A stretch of 64,000 nucleotides of DNA, from contig NC_045696.1 in assembly GCF_009834535.1 (NCBI RefSeq), positions 36,830,001-36,894,000 on the forward strand, written 5' to 3'. The notes beneath the pieces are model-generated. The model worked only from the letters and a program-made list of their open reading frames with translations, made no database searches and had not been told where the DNA came from. The DNA comes from Camelus ferus (Eukaryota). Positions 54,346 to 64,000 of this stretch are shown piece by piece. How positions within the stretch are numbered: position 1 is the stretch's first letter; each line of letters starts with the position of its first letter. The position numbers were made by a program, and so were the translations under genes.

Positions 54346-54480
54346 TTTGATAAGTGCATGAATGGTTGTTGGAACACTGGCCTATTCTTTCACCTGAATT
54401 ATCTAAACTACCCTCAGATATATCATACTGTTCAATTTCCAGAGCATTTTCCATTAGCATGGTGCTTCACAAGACATCTG
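54346..54480 (-). pseudogene. SLC9C-like exon remnant, start of cyclic-nucleotide-binding domain
   Basis: ccatag acceptor. DVL*STMLMENALEIEQYDISEGSLDNSGERI ~ NLLKNVSWLAGDMKLIDFIKARASLLHFDYGEVI. Confidence 0.6.
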
Positions 54481-54946
54481 CTATGGAGTCACACCATAAA
54501 AAATGTTTTCTATTTACATTGGTTGAATGCACAGTGAACAAGGCACGGTGACCCAGATGGCATGCGACTTAACTTGAATCAATACACAACTTTTTCCTTT
54601 AGTGTGTCTTAAATATTTTTGCTCAATAGTAATTAAGTCCTGCTACTATTGCACAAAATCTCCCACACACATAGGTTTTGGTACATTAAATCTCAGTTGT
54701 TGTGGCATTGCATAAGGAAGGAAAATCATAAGCTTAGCTGTTCAAAATTTGCTTGACAGACATGTAATTTTTGATGAAACAATTCCACATTTTATCAGTG
54801 AACTAGAAATAGTAATTTAAATTAAATATCTATAAATTAATAAATATACCAAATGGGTAACGTTCTACTGAAAGAATATGATCATTTACAAATAATAATG
54901 AGATCTTTGGCTTATCAATGATTGAAAATTTATTTCTCTTGACAAC

Positions 54947-55246
54947 TTTGGTCCATGAGTCCTAGTGTGGTAAGGGTCGTCACATGTGCCTTCCTTGTTT
55001 CCAGAAGTTTGGGCCTGACATTTCTCCAAGCTCTTCATACTCCTACTAGACTAAAATGGAATCCACTTTTAAACTGTCTTCTGACTTACTAAATAAATAG
55101 TAATATCAGGTCAGATCTATGGAAATATTGTGCCCTTCTTGAACACATTTGGCTATTAAAAAACAGGTGACTAGCCACGTGCCAGACTCCTGGTCAGCAT
55201 ATTTTAATATGAGTCACTTTTCAAATCAGTGTTTTCTCCTGAATCC
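54947..55246 (-). pseudogene. SLC9C-like exon remnant(s), S4 end and cytosolic helical domain
   Basis: GFRRKH*FEK*LILK ~ GLRMLRLTKALIPK. LKYADQESGTWLVTCFLIAKCVQEG ~ LQIIDKRMSHQKTFWYGILKGYVQG. EELG ~ KELG. LLETRKAHVTTL ~ SVKTRQAIRTIL. GLMDQ ~ GLLDE. Confidence 0.65.
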
Positions 55247-55396
55247 CTGATAGTGAGGTTACTGATTAGATTCTTTAAGAATCAGAAATTTATCTTCTTT
55301 TTTTTTTCTTTTCTCCTTATATTATTTATCTATGCTATATAGAAACATACCTTTTTTGACAGACATGGCCAGTCGAGCTCCCTGTAGAAAAATTAC

Positions 55397-55457
55397 CTTT
55401 CTTTCTGGCTGAAGTCTTTTCTTTTTCATTTGAACTTTGCAGAATGTTTGGTTATAG
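55397..55457 (-). pseudogene. SLC9C-like small exon remnant (S3-S4 loop / S4 start)
   Basis: tttaatag acceptor, AAG|gtaatt donor. Basic peptide YNQTFCKVQMKKKRLQPERK. Confidence 0.4.
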
Positions 55458-55668
55458 CTATTAAAGGACTTGGGGCTGCCTCACACAGAACAATGTCAGG
55501 ATAGAGTAGGACACTGGTTTCCAGTTCTGTAAGAGACTAAAATTTAGCTATATATGTGTATGTATATATTTTTACTGAATGAGATAAAACTTCATAATTC
55601 AGAACCTAATAATTTTGCATTTTATTTCATCTACCGTTACAGGAAAATTATGTTACTATAATTTTTAC

Positions 55669-55773
55669 CCATGAAACAGTCAGGGTGAACTTGTGAAAAG
55701 CAGCAGCAAAACATATATACGAACACTACCTGATCCAATTTCCTAGAAACCATAGTAAATAGTCTCTTTAAGC
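55669..55773 (-). pseudogene. SLC9C-like exon remnant, voltage-sensor S3
   Basis: 105-nt phase 1/1 exon, still open: GLKRLFTMVSRKLDQVVFVYMF ~ GFGRHYIVSHWNKFDAFILVVAL. Confidence 0.62.
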
Positions 55774-55865
55774 CTGGATATGACTAAACTTTATTAGACT
55801 TGAAGTGTATTCTGGGTAATTGTCCAGTAATAACCTTTGTTAAATTATACAAAGTCTTTACTTAC

Positions 55866-55989
55866 CAGAGAACACAGACTCCCCAACCTCTAATATTATC
55901 ATCATTCAAGATAATGAGCAACACAAACCATTCTATTACCAATCTAAAAGCAATAAATGTCAAAGTAAAGAAGTATGCAATATTCTGGC
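55866..55989 (-). pseudogene. SLC9C-like exon remnant, voltage-sensor S1 (and end of S2)
   Basis: Strong acceptor cctttgttctttcag and donor gtaagt. AFRLVIEWFVLLIILN is S1-like. Shifted frame reads MMIILEVGESVFS. Confidence 0.68.
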
Positions 55990-56945
55990 CTGAAAGAACA
56001 AAGGACAAAAGTAATGATAATACCTCTTTATATCTGCGGTCTATTATATCATGCATAACAAATGATGCCGTAATTGCAGACAGTGTTATTTTAACAGGTT
56101 ATAAGGAGAAGATGGTGGGGGAGGTGCGAGGGTGTTTTGACTATTGCTGTGGAAAATACTTCAAGCTCCTTAATTTAAAATAGCCAGCAAGAAGAGGATA
56201 TCATTTTTAGGGTGCATTTGATTTTAGTTCTTTGAGTCATAGACGCCGGAGAATTCAGTGTTTGATTAATCATCTAATTCACTGTATTGGTGACTTCAAG
56301 GTAGTTGGAACAGAGGACCTAATACAATCTATTTTTTTCCAACTAAATTATCATCAGAATAAATAGGGAATGGATAAATATTTTCTTAACTGGTCATTCT
56401 GAACGGTCCAGTGGAAATAAAACCCTGCTCCCCTAGTGAATATTGAACAATAAAAATGATGTCCTACCTTACAGCATTACAGCTGTATGTATATGTCTCT
56501 GTCTCTCTGAGATACTCAGATTTCAAGACTGAGCAGGGTAAGGCCACTGGGGCTACAAATGAGGAGATGTTGGCTCAAGCTGTGACTCCTCCCTTGACTA
56601 ATTAAAAAAAAAATCTTTAAATACATGTTTTGAGTGGAAAGAGACTTGAAGATCCTGTGGTGCACATGCATTATATAAAATAAAAGGATAGCTGGGAAGT
56701 TCTCACTTGTTTGAAGTTTCTTCACACAAGTATTGTTCTTCAAAGTTATCCTCTCAAATTTGCCAGAGACATGGGGTGATGTGTAGATCCTTTGTAGATA
56801 AAGTCTATTGATATTTGGTGGCTATCTCTCCCTTTTTATTCAGGCTTTGGTGGCATTCTGTACCGTTCATCTTTCGGCTCTGCCTTCTTTAGGTTCCTGC
56901 CCTCCCTCTGGAGAGAACACCATTGATAATTGGGACAGTGTAAAC

Positions 56946-57119
56946 CTTTAATTTTAGGATCATCCGGAGAGGTTGAAATTCTTTCTTAATGTTTTCTCCT
57001 TTTGGTCCACAAACAAAATTACCTTTGTAATCTGCACCTTTAATGAACAGCATCCACAAACTGGTTTTGATAACATTAAAACAGAACATATTTTTCCCTT
57101 TCAGGGTATGTACAAATAG
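56946..57119 (-). pseudogene. SLC9C-like exon remnant preceding the voltage sensor
   Basis: Acceptor ttacag. (S)YLYIP*KGKI ~ SYWKQFEHGML. KGADYKGNF...ENIKKEFQPLRMILKLK ~ AADEKDQF..DDLKKSWQIKGIYPWLK (ORF 56889..57089). Confidence 0.62.
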
Positions 57120-57188
57120 CTGTAATTTACATAAGAATGATTAAATTCAGTTTGTAGACAAATTACTGAGTGTAGCTGGAAAACTCAC

Positions 57189-57325
57189 TGAAGACAGAAA
57201 CATTTTGCTTTAGAATTATTGCATTTGCTCCACCCTATGGAGGTGGGATTCTCTGATGTCCTCTCTGCAGCTGGATTAGTATACGAGCTCCTGACTCACA
57301 GTGTGGTACATGTTCTCTGCTGTCA
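57189..57325 (-). pseudogene. SLC9C-like exon remnant with CPxC motif
   Basis: AGA ACA TGT (a) CCA CAC TGT GAG = RTC-PHCE ~ KSVCPGCK. GANAIILKQ ~ EARLRMLKA. Donor gtgagt starts at 57188. Confidence 0.55.
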
Positions 57326-57859
57326 GGTAGCCAGTCCCTGCCTGCCTTGCTCCAGGGGCATTTTCATACTGGTCGGGAGATAGTATTTTGGTACTTCTCT
57401 ATGTAGTAATCTCATCTTGTGCAGAAGTAGTGCTTTAATAAATCATGAGTGAATAATGTGTCTTCACAGAGTTAGTATACAAACACTAGCCTGAGGAATA
57501 TGTCCATTTCAGTCTCAATATAGCTGCTCAATATGAGGAATATTTTTTCCTCTGTGAATTTTTTTTTCAAAATTAATGGGATGATTTATTTCCTTTCTTT
57601 TCTTTCTTAGAAGGGCCAGAGTGATCTGTTTAGACTAGGAACTTATAGAGTACTTGTGAAAATAATGATTTTTTAATTATTATGTCAGCCAATATCCAGT
57701 GTAATTTCTTTAGTACTAGCATGTTTTAAGTATGTATTTAGAGGCTATAATGTTTTTCTGACTGGATTTGCTCCAAAATTCAATATTTTATGCTTTTCTC
57801 CTTTTAAGAGATATGTTTATTTTGAATAAATAGAAGTGTTTTAGGAGTGTTCATCTAAG

Positions 57860-57990
57860 CTGATGATGTTTACCATTGATGATACCCAACTCTTAATTTA
57901 ATCATCTGTGGGATCCCCTCCAGTCATCTCCCTTTCATCTGTCACTTGAGAATGATCAGATAAACTAGCTTAGAGATTGATGATTACAAT
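57860..57990 (-). pseudogene. SLC9C-like exon remnant, post-TM helix
   Basis: ATT CTC AAG (t) GAC AGA TGA AAG GGA GAT GAC TGG = ILK-DR*KGDDW ~ MLKSDRFLADADW. Confidence 0.6.
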
Positions 57991-59339
57991 AGTGTTTAAT
58001 ATTTTTATTGAATTAAATTTGCTAAATAACATTTAGCAAATAATTTTTCAAAGTATAAAGCTTTTATAACTCCATCTTCTCAGAAAACCTTTTTTATGGT
58101 AGAATTTTTTTGGTGCTAAATCAAAATCTGCCAGGTATTTTGTATTGCACATAGGATGATTCCTTTTTTAATGCTCTAAAATTATACCACATATATAGCC
58201 TTTTGAGAGTATAATTTTTCTTTTACTAGATATTTCTCACTTGACTCTGTTCATTAATGACAAGCCTTTGTATCTTTTATATATTGTATCTAATACTTGG
58301 AATTTAATAAACATTGTGTATTGTTTCTCTGTATAACAAAAACAAAGGAAAACGTTTGTCATTCCAGATTAGTGTGGCTGCTCTGCCCAGGCAAAGTGAC
58401 AAATTCAGGACAAAGCAAAAATACTTTTGGTTTTAGAGATTTGTGGCATCTAGTTAAATTTTTAGGTTGTAAAGTTGAATCTGAAATAATTAAGAAAACC
58501 AAGTATTATAGAGAAAATATTTGACCAAAAGGAAAAAAAAATTTGACCCAACACTTCTTTAAAACTGCTAATTTATAACTCTCTAATCACAAAGGGCCAA
58601 ATTCTGCCCTCATATGTTCAGGTAAGATTATCTGTGTTTACTAAAGAAGTTCAGGATAAGTTCTCAACAGCAAAATTTAGCCCAGTGGGTTTAATTAAAA
58701 TTAATAACCCATTATGGTACAGTCATTATTTGGAAGGAAGGAGGTAAGATTACAGATGCAGACTTTAGTAAGGTAGTCAAAATGAGAGCGGAATAGGATC
58801 GGTAATAAAACAAGTCACTGCTGATGCTACTTTAAGTGATTTTAAAATTCTCTTTTAAGGTTTCTGAAGAAAATAGAGTAACTTATTGCGTTCTTTCCTA
58901 ACCTGAAGCTACCAATTAATATGATGCTTGCATTTTGAATTAACACAAACTTTTCCATTCCAACTTCAAAAAAACATTAAGGTTTAAGGCAATTTAAAAC
59001 ATATTCCTAACAGTCTCTTAAAAACTGTGTCTCTGGTACTTACTCCTGTCTGTCCTTCCCATTTGGCTCTAGATTTTATTGCAAAAGTAGAAAATTAGTT
59101 ACATTTGAATAGTTGGATTCATTCTATAATTTTCATAGCATATCCAAAAGTGCATTTGCTTCAGGCCGTTTTTAAAAAAAGATTTTTAAAACAAACACCA
59201 TCTTCCAGTTATTCCCTCAAAAAATACAATGCATGTTTTGAAAAAACAAGCAACTTGTTGCAAAAAACTACAGGCGTGTTATTTCTAAGCCTCAAACAAA
59301 CAAAACAGCTGAATATTTGTTATTGTGTAGCTGAGTAAT

Positions 59340-59520
59340 AACAGCTGTAATTTACGCAACACTTAACTTGGTGCTAAACAAGTACTGTACACAAAACCTG
59401 GAAACACAGGAATGATTCCCCTGTTTACAGATAAGGGAATTGAGGCATAAAGATATTTTCAAAAGTTGCTCAAGGTCAGACAATTGAAATAAAACCCATT
59501 TTTGTCTAAAGTCCATATCC
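59340..59520 (-). mobile_element. MIR (antisense)
   Basis: tttacagataagggaattgaggc..ttgctcaaggtca. Confidence 0.7.
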
Positions 59521-59929
59521 CCCTTCTAAGCATGACACCTCATTGCCTCAAACCATGCTACGAGCAAATTTGTTTGCAACCCTGAAGTTGTGAGTCACCA
59601 AACAGAGAGCGAGCACAACGGCTCAGGAGGCAAAATGGTAAGGGAGAGATGGCCTAACAGATTGTCTCAGGTGGCTGTCAATTTGGCCTTAGAGTGAAAT
59701 ATGATCTATGCAGAAAAGGAAGAAATGTACTTTTTTTTTTCCTTCTCTTCTTGTTTGGTAGAAGGTGGATCCAGGCTGCTTTTTTTCATGAAGTTAAATG
59801 CAATTAAGCAAGAAATAATATCTTTAACAACAGTGTTTTTATTTTAAGTTAAGAATATACCCTTACATAATACAGCCCAAATAATATAGTGGTTTCTTCT
59901 GAATATTATTCAAGAGACTGCTGGCTTCA

Positions 59930-60186
59930 ACCTAACATATTATTTCAAACTTTGTGAGCTGAAGAACTCTTTACAAAAATGACATTGTGAGTATTAAGAC
60001 CAATGTGTACAACAAACAAAAGCAGAGTGTTTGCCTGGTGGGAAGAGGTGAGTGAGAGCTGCCGTCCCCCATCTCTCTGCAGTGCTTCGGGTACAGGAGT
60101 GTCTCTACAGGGCCCCTTGGCGCTTCACATCAGGATTGTTTAACAGTCTCTCAGCCAGATTTTCAAAGTGTAAATTTGCGATAACC
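59930..60186 (-). pseudogene. SLC9C-like exon remnant(s), last NHE helices including the GLRG motif
   Basis: LSQIYTLKIW...ILM*S(fs)PRGPV ~ LSRIGYGLTW...IMTWGGLRGAV. Downstream LVLILTM...NNML(G) ~ IVVLTLVIN...RILG. Confidence 0.62.
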
Positions 60187-60648
60187 TAAGGTTGTGTCAG
60201 TTGCATTTTCATTTTCTCTATATGGCAAAAAATAGTAATGATTAAGACAGCCAAGCAAACGTATGTGTTCCATTAAAATAAACATAGACCAAGCCTTAAG
60301 CAGGCAGATTCTGTTCAATAGTTAGTGGGTAGATTGTGCCCAATGATTCCAATAGTGTGAAACCTGGAGAAAGACTCAAGACTGAGAGAAGAATGGACTA
60401 TGAAAAGAAGGTTTAGAAAGATAGGATGCATGTCTAAGACTAAGATGAGGGATTCTACAAGAAAATAGGAAACCTAAAAATAAAATAATAGACCACTTGG
60501 TGAGCTTTCTCTAATGCCTCTAAGTTTCTTGCCTTTGCAGTATCTCTTTATTAGTTTTCCTTACAGTTGCACATGACTTTTCTTTCCCCTTTAAAGAATT
60601 CAGGCAAATTGGTTTATTTATTACCTTAAGGAGAAAAGCTTGGATGAC

Positions 60649-61118
60649 TGTATTAGTTTTCTGTAGCTGCTATAACAAATTATAACAAATTTATTTGGTA
60701 ACTTATTTAAACACAAATTTATTTTTGTACAGTTTTGGAGGCTAGAAATCCAAAATCAGTTTTTCTGGGCCAAAGTCAGCATCGGCAGGGCAGGCTCCTT
60801 TTGGAGGCTGAGGGGAGAATCTTGTTTCTTTGCCTTTTCTACCTTCTGATGGCCACCAGCATTCCTCAGTTCATGGCTTCTTCTTCCAGTAACTTCAGCC
60901 TCTTTCTTTCATGATCACATCTCCTACTTTCTCTTCTGTATTTAACTTTCCCTCTGCCTCCCTCTAATAAAGCCATTTGTGATTACACTTAGGGCTTACT
61001 CAAATAATCTGGGGTAGTATGTCCATCTCAAGATCCTTAACTAAACCACATCTGTGAAGTCTTTTTGCCGTATAAGGTAACACTCACAGGTTCTAAAGAT
61101 TAGAACCTGCTACTACAA
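60649..61118 (-). mobile_element. MLT1C/D LTR
   Basis: tgtattagttttctgtagctgctataacaaat..ggaggctagaaatccaaaatcag..catctcaagatccttaact..taaggtaacactcacaggttcta. Confidence 0.9.
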
Positions 61119-62046
61119 TGATTTTTACCAAAGATCATGTCTGTGTTTGTGTGTGTGTCCTAATTAAACCAATTTTCATGTGAAGATAGCAAAAAAGAAA
61201 AAGAAAAAGTTGTGGTTATTTAAATAATCAGGATAATACTCCAAATCTTCAGTTTGTTTAATTAGATAATTTAAGTAATATTTTTTAAGCTAAATTCTCC
61301 AGAATGTTTTAGTTTTAGATTTCACTGTGGGGAAACTCACTCTGAGATGTGACTAGTTCATATGATGTTTGGAACAGAATTGCAAATCATGTGGATCATG
61401 TTCTACTTTGTGCATTCCTCACATCCCTTTATGTTTTACTGCCAGTTGAACTGGTACCATTCCTATAAACAATATTTTTCTTTCCTTTTCCTCTTCATCA
61501 TAAGTGCTATGTGGAAGAGGTGTCTTTCATACTGACAACTGCTATAAGAAATAGTGATGAAAAAGAAAATAGTGTGTATAAGTGTGTGTGTGTGTGTGTG
61601 ACATGCAACATCGAATATAAATATGTGGCTTTATTTTTGCTGAGGTTATTGATAAATTATAATAGATCCTATTGTGTTAAAAGTAGCAGAGGGAAAATTA
61701 TCAGGGAAAATACAGATAAAAGATGCTTGCGACTGTGAATATTAAACAAACAAATGCCTAGAGGGGCTTAAATATTAACACTTTCTACTTGCTCCAGTCA
61801 TTAGAAGCCTAGGCGAAGGGGCCACTACAGAACATTCCATTTATTCTCAAAGATCTCAAAGTAAATCTCTTTAGAGCTGGGCTGGAACCAAGATGCCTGC
61901 AGGATGTCTAGGCCTCAAATCTTGTACAATAGTATCAGAAACAGAAAAAGTGGAATGCCTCCAGATGGTTTCTCAGAAGGAATAAAAGAAATTTCTAGAG
62001 ACAACAGCTAAGAATATTTTTCACCAGTCTCAATTGTATCAGGTAC

Positions 62047-62186
62047 CAGATCCTGAATAATCATTACGAAGGGGCTTGGCATGACTCTGAGATATAGGCT
62101 GACTGTTGGAGCTAAAAGCTGAATCAGCCACTACTGCTCCATGAGCTGTGTTGGACAGTGGTAGACATCTGAGCAAAACTGAGCAT
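62047..62186 (-). pseudogene. SLC9C-like exon remnant, NHE TM region
   Basis: Acceptor ctaacaatag, donor gtacct. AVVADSAFSSNSQPISQSHAKPL ~ AVVVLGLIVNAEKTSISPEVEVFL. Confidence 0.5.
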
Positions 62187-62304
62187 CTATTGTTAGCCAG
62201 AAAAGGAGAAGGGGAAATAAATGCTGAACAGTTAACCAAAAATATCCACTATGAGAACGCCACAAATGGAAGTTATTCCAATGAAGATGCTTGTCAGTTG
62301 TGTT

Positions 62305-62868
62305 GTGTTAGAGTTGTCTAGAAGACAAAATCAGTTGTAATATACACACTGAAGGGATCTATTATAGGAACTGACTCATGCAATTATGGAGGCTTTGAAG
62401 TCCCACAGTCTGACGTCTGCAAGGTGGAGAATCAGGAAAAACGGTGATTTAATTCTGCCCATGTTTGAAGGTCTGAGCATCAGGGCTGCTAATGTGTATG
62501 AGCCAGCGCAAGTCTAAAGGCTTGGGAATGAAGGAGGAGGAGGAGTAGGGAGATGGCATAAGTCATGTCCGTGTCCAAAGGCCTGGAAAACAGGAACACA
62601 AATGTCCAAGGATGGGAGAAGATGGATGGTCCAGCTCAGACAGAGAACAGACTCACCCCTCCTCTACTTTTTTGTTCTAGTTGGGTGAATTGGATTATGA
62701 ATAAATTGGATTATGCCCACTGACTTTAATGAGGACAATCTTTACTCAATTTAAATGCTGATCTCTTCCAGAAACACCCTCACAAACACACACAGAAATA
62801 ATGTTTTTCCAGCTGTGTGGGCATCCTTTATCCCAAGTCAAGTTGACATATAAAATTAACTATCAGAA
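62305..62868 (-). mobile_element. MLT2B-type LTR
   Basis: gactcatgcaattatggaggc..ctcttccagaaacaccctcacaaacaca..caagttgacatataaaattaactatca. Confidence 0.88.
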
Positions 62869-63264
62869 CAGTAGAATCTGATTAATGCTGTATTGTTTGA
62901 TGTGCCTAATATATATCAATAGCCACAGAAAGGACCTCTGTAACCACATGTTGTAAGTGAATTGTTCAAATCTATTTTGTTAATAATAATATGAACAAGA
63001 GGGAAAGAGAGAAAATCTGAGGTAGTTAGATAATTTAAAAAATGAATTTATGCTAACTAACAAAGGAAATACAACTTATATTTCTTAATTTATTTGAAAA
63101 TTCAAGACAGGCCTTTATTGCCTAAGAATAGCATATATTAACATTGACCAAAATTTAGGGTAATTTGAATAGCAGCACTAAGATAATTTATGCATGTATT
63201 CTAACTTTTAATTTACTTTTAATGAAAAATACTCTCCAAATTATTGAAAATTATGTATTTTTCT

Positions 63265-63400
63265 TGTGTAATCAAAGAAAGGATCATGATTAAACCCACG
63301 ACTCAGGTTCTGTCCATGTAACATAATACTGAAAAAGTTAACAAAAATCAAATCCATTTTTTGGTGTGATGCCTTGAACTGCCAGTTTCCTAACGTAACT
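63265..63400 (-). pseudogene. SLC9C-like exon remnant, NHE TM region
   Basis: YVRKLAVQG ~ YFCQVAVAG. LSRGFNHDPFFDYT ~ LSHIFNDALVEIT (different frames). Confidence 0.55.
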
Positions 63401-63769
63401 TTTTTGTTTTTGAAGTAATTATTTCATTTTTGCATTTACACACTCCGTTTTGATAATTAGTAATTTCATCTTTATGAATATTACTGATTTTGCATTATCA
63501 AATATTATGTTATGATAAAAAAGCTTTAAATGACTATGTTGATTTCTTTTCCATAATGGAAGATTAGGCTTACCACCACCTTAGTTTATTGAGGAATAAA
63601 CCTTGTAAAATAGTATTCAGATTCTTGTATTTAAAAGTATTTTAGTGTGTAGAGCATTTGTTTTGGGAAAAGCAGGAAAGGAAAATAACTTTTGTCATAT
63701 AAGTTCCTCAATGATGTCATATTTCTTAGAAACCTACATAGCCAGGCCTAAATGAGTGAATCTCTGCCT

Positions 63770-63930
63770 CAAGCAAAAAACTTCATTAATGTATTAGTAG
63801 ACAAATAAGAGAATGATAAATCATAAAGCGTCCAGGCTTATCAAAAAAAAATCAGATCAGCAAGTTTTTGTCCTGCTGACTTGAAAACTTCTGAAATCAT
63901 TTTTACAGCTTCCAGATTTTATTACCTATG
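63770..63930 (-). pseudogene. SLC9C-like exon remnant, NHE TM region (DPVAV/GES-ND segment)
   Basis: EAVKMISEVFKSAGQKLADLI ~ DPVAVVALLKDLGASKQLGTII. After a frameshift, LYDLSFSYLSTNTLMKFF ~ LNDGCAIVIFNVFMKMV. Confidence 0.45.
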
Positions 63931-64000
63931 GCATAGAAATGGTAAGATGACCATTTTAATATACAAATGATCATGATTTATGCATGGAAAGCTAATCAGA

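Larger units (their letters stand above)
45610..63930 (-). pseudogene. Decayed multi-exon SLC9C-family (sperm-type voltage/cAMP-gated Na+/H+ exchanger-like) pseudogene
   Basis: About 17 collinear minus-strand remnants, many bounded by AG/GT. Manual translations match SLC9C domains in order: LSRGFNHDP, M*S-PRGPV, LK-DR*KGDDW, C-PHC, SY..KG..GADYKG, S1, S3, S4, ETRKA..GLMDQ, GSL..GERI, VGNVI, HFIS, FQGW, SNICIK(H). Many stops and frameshifts. Comparison is to recalled sea-urchin and human SLC9C1 sequence. Confidence 0.78.

Noticed and set aside
55866..55989. Resemblance of EWFVLLII...GESV to bacterial LtrA-type membrane proteins
   Set aside because: It needs a frameshift and is better explained by the collinear SLC9C voltage-sensor context.
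61500..61590. Additional SLC9C TM exon (SSLFLIAVVSMKD)
   Set aside because: The position fits, but similarity is too weak and low-complexity to list as a feature without alignment support.
1..64000. The 60-127 aa ORFs of the six-frame track as real genes
   Set aside because: They are short and of chance-level length for AT-rich DNA. The recognisable ones are L1 ORF2, ERVL or pseudogene exon pieces.
1..64000. Prokaryotic systems (CRISPR arrays, operons, rRNA/tRNA)
   Set aside because: The sequence is mammalian and repeat-rich. No regularly spaced direct repeats or structured RNA genes were seen.

Overview
AT-rich mammalian (eutherian) genomic DNA. The young L1 3' ends look cetartiodactyl and possibly camelid, which is an inference. 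No intact protein-coding gene is supported. Much of the window is interspersed repeats: L1, L2, MIR, MaLR/MLT LTRs, a ~4.5 kb decayed ERVL provirus with an LTR16-type LTR, and hAT elements. The main hidden feature is a heavily decayed multi-exon pseudogene on the minus strand (~45.6-63.9 kb, probably continuing past the right edge). Its exon remnants read in the correct order as an SLC9C-family sperm-type Na+/H+ exchanger: NHE transmembrane helices, CPxC linker, voltage-sensor S1-S4, helical domain, cyclic-nucleotide-binding domain and C-terminal domain. Several motifs (CPxC, VGNVI, FQGW, SNxCxKH) resemble sea-urchin SLC9C1 more than mammalian SLC9C1, suggesting a lost ancient paralogue. All protein and repeat comparisons are manual and from memory, and need confirmation by alignment. 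Repeat boundaries are approximate.
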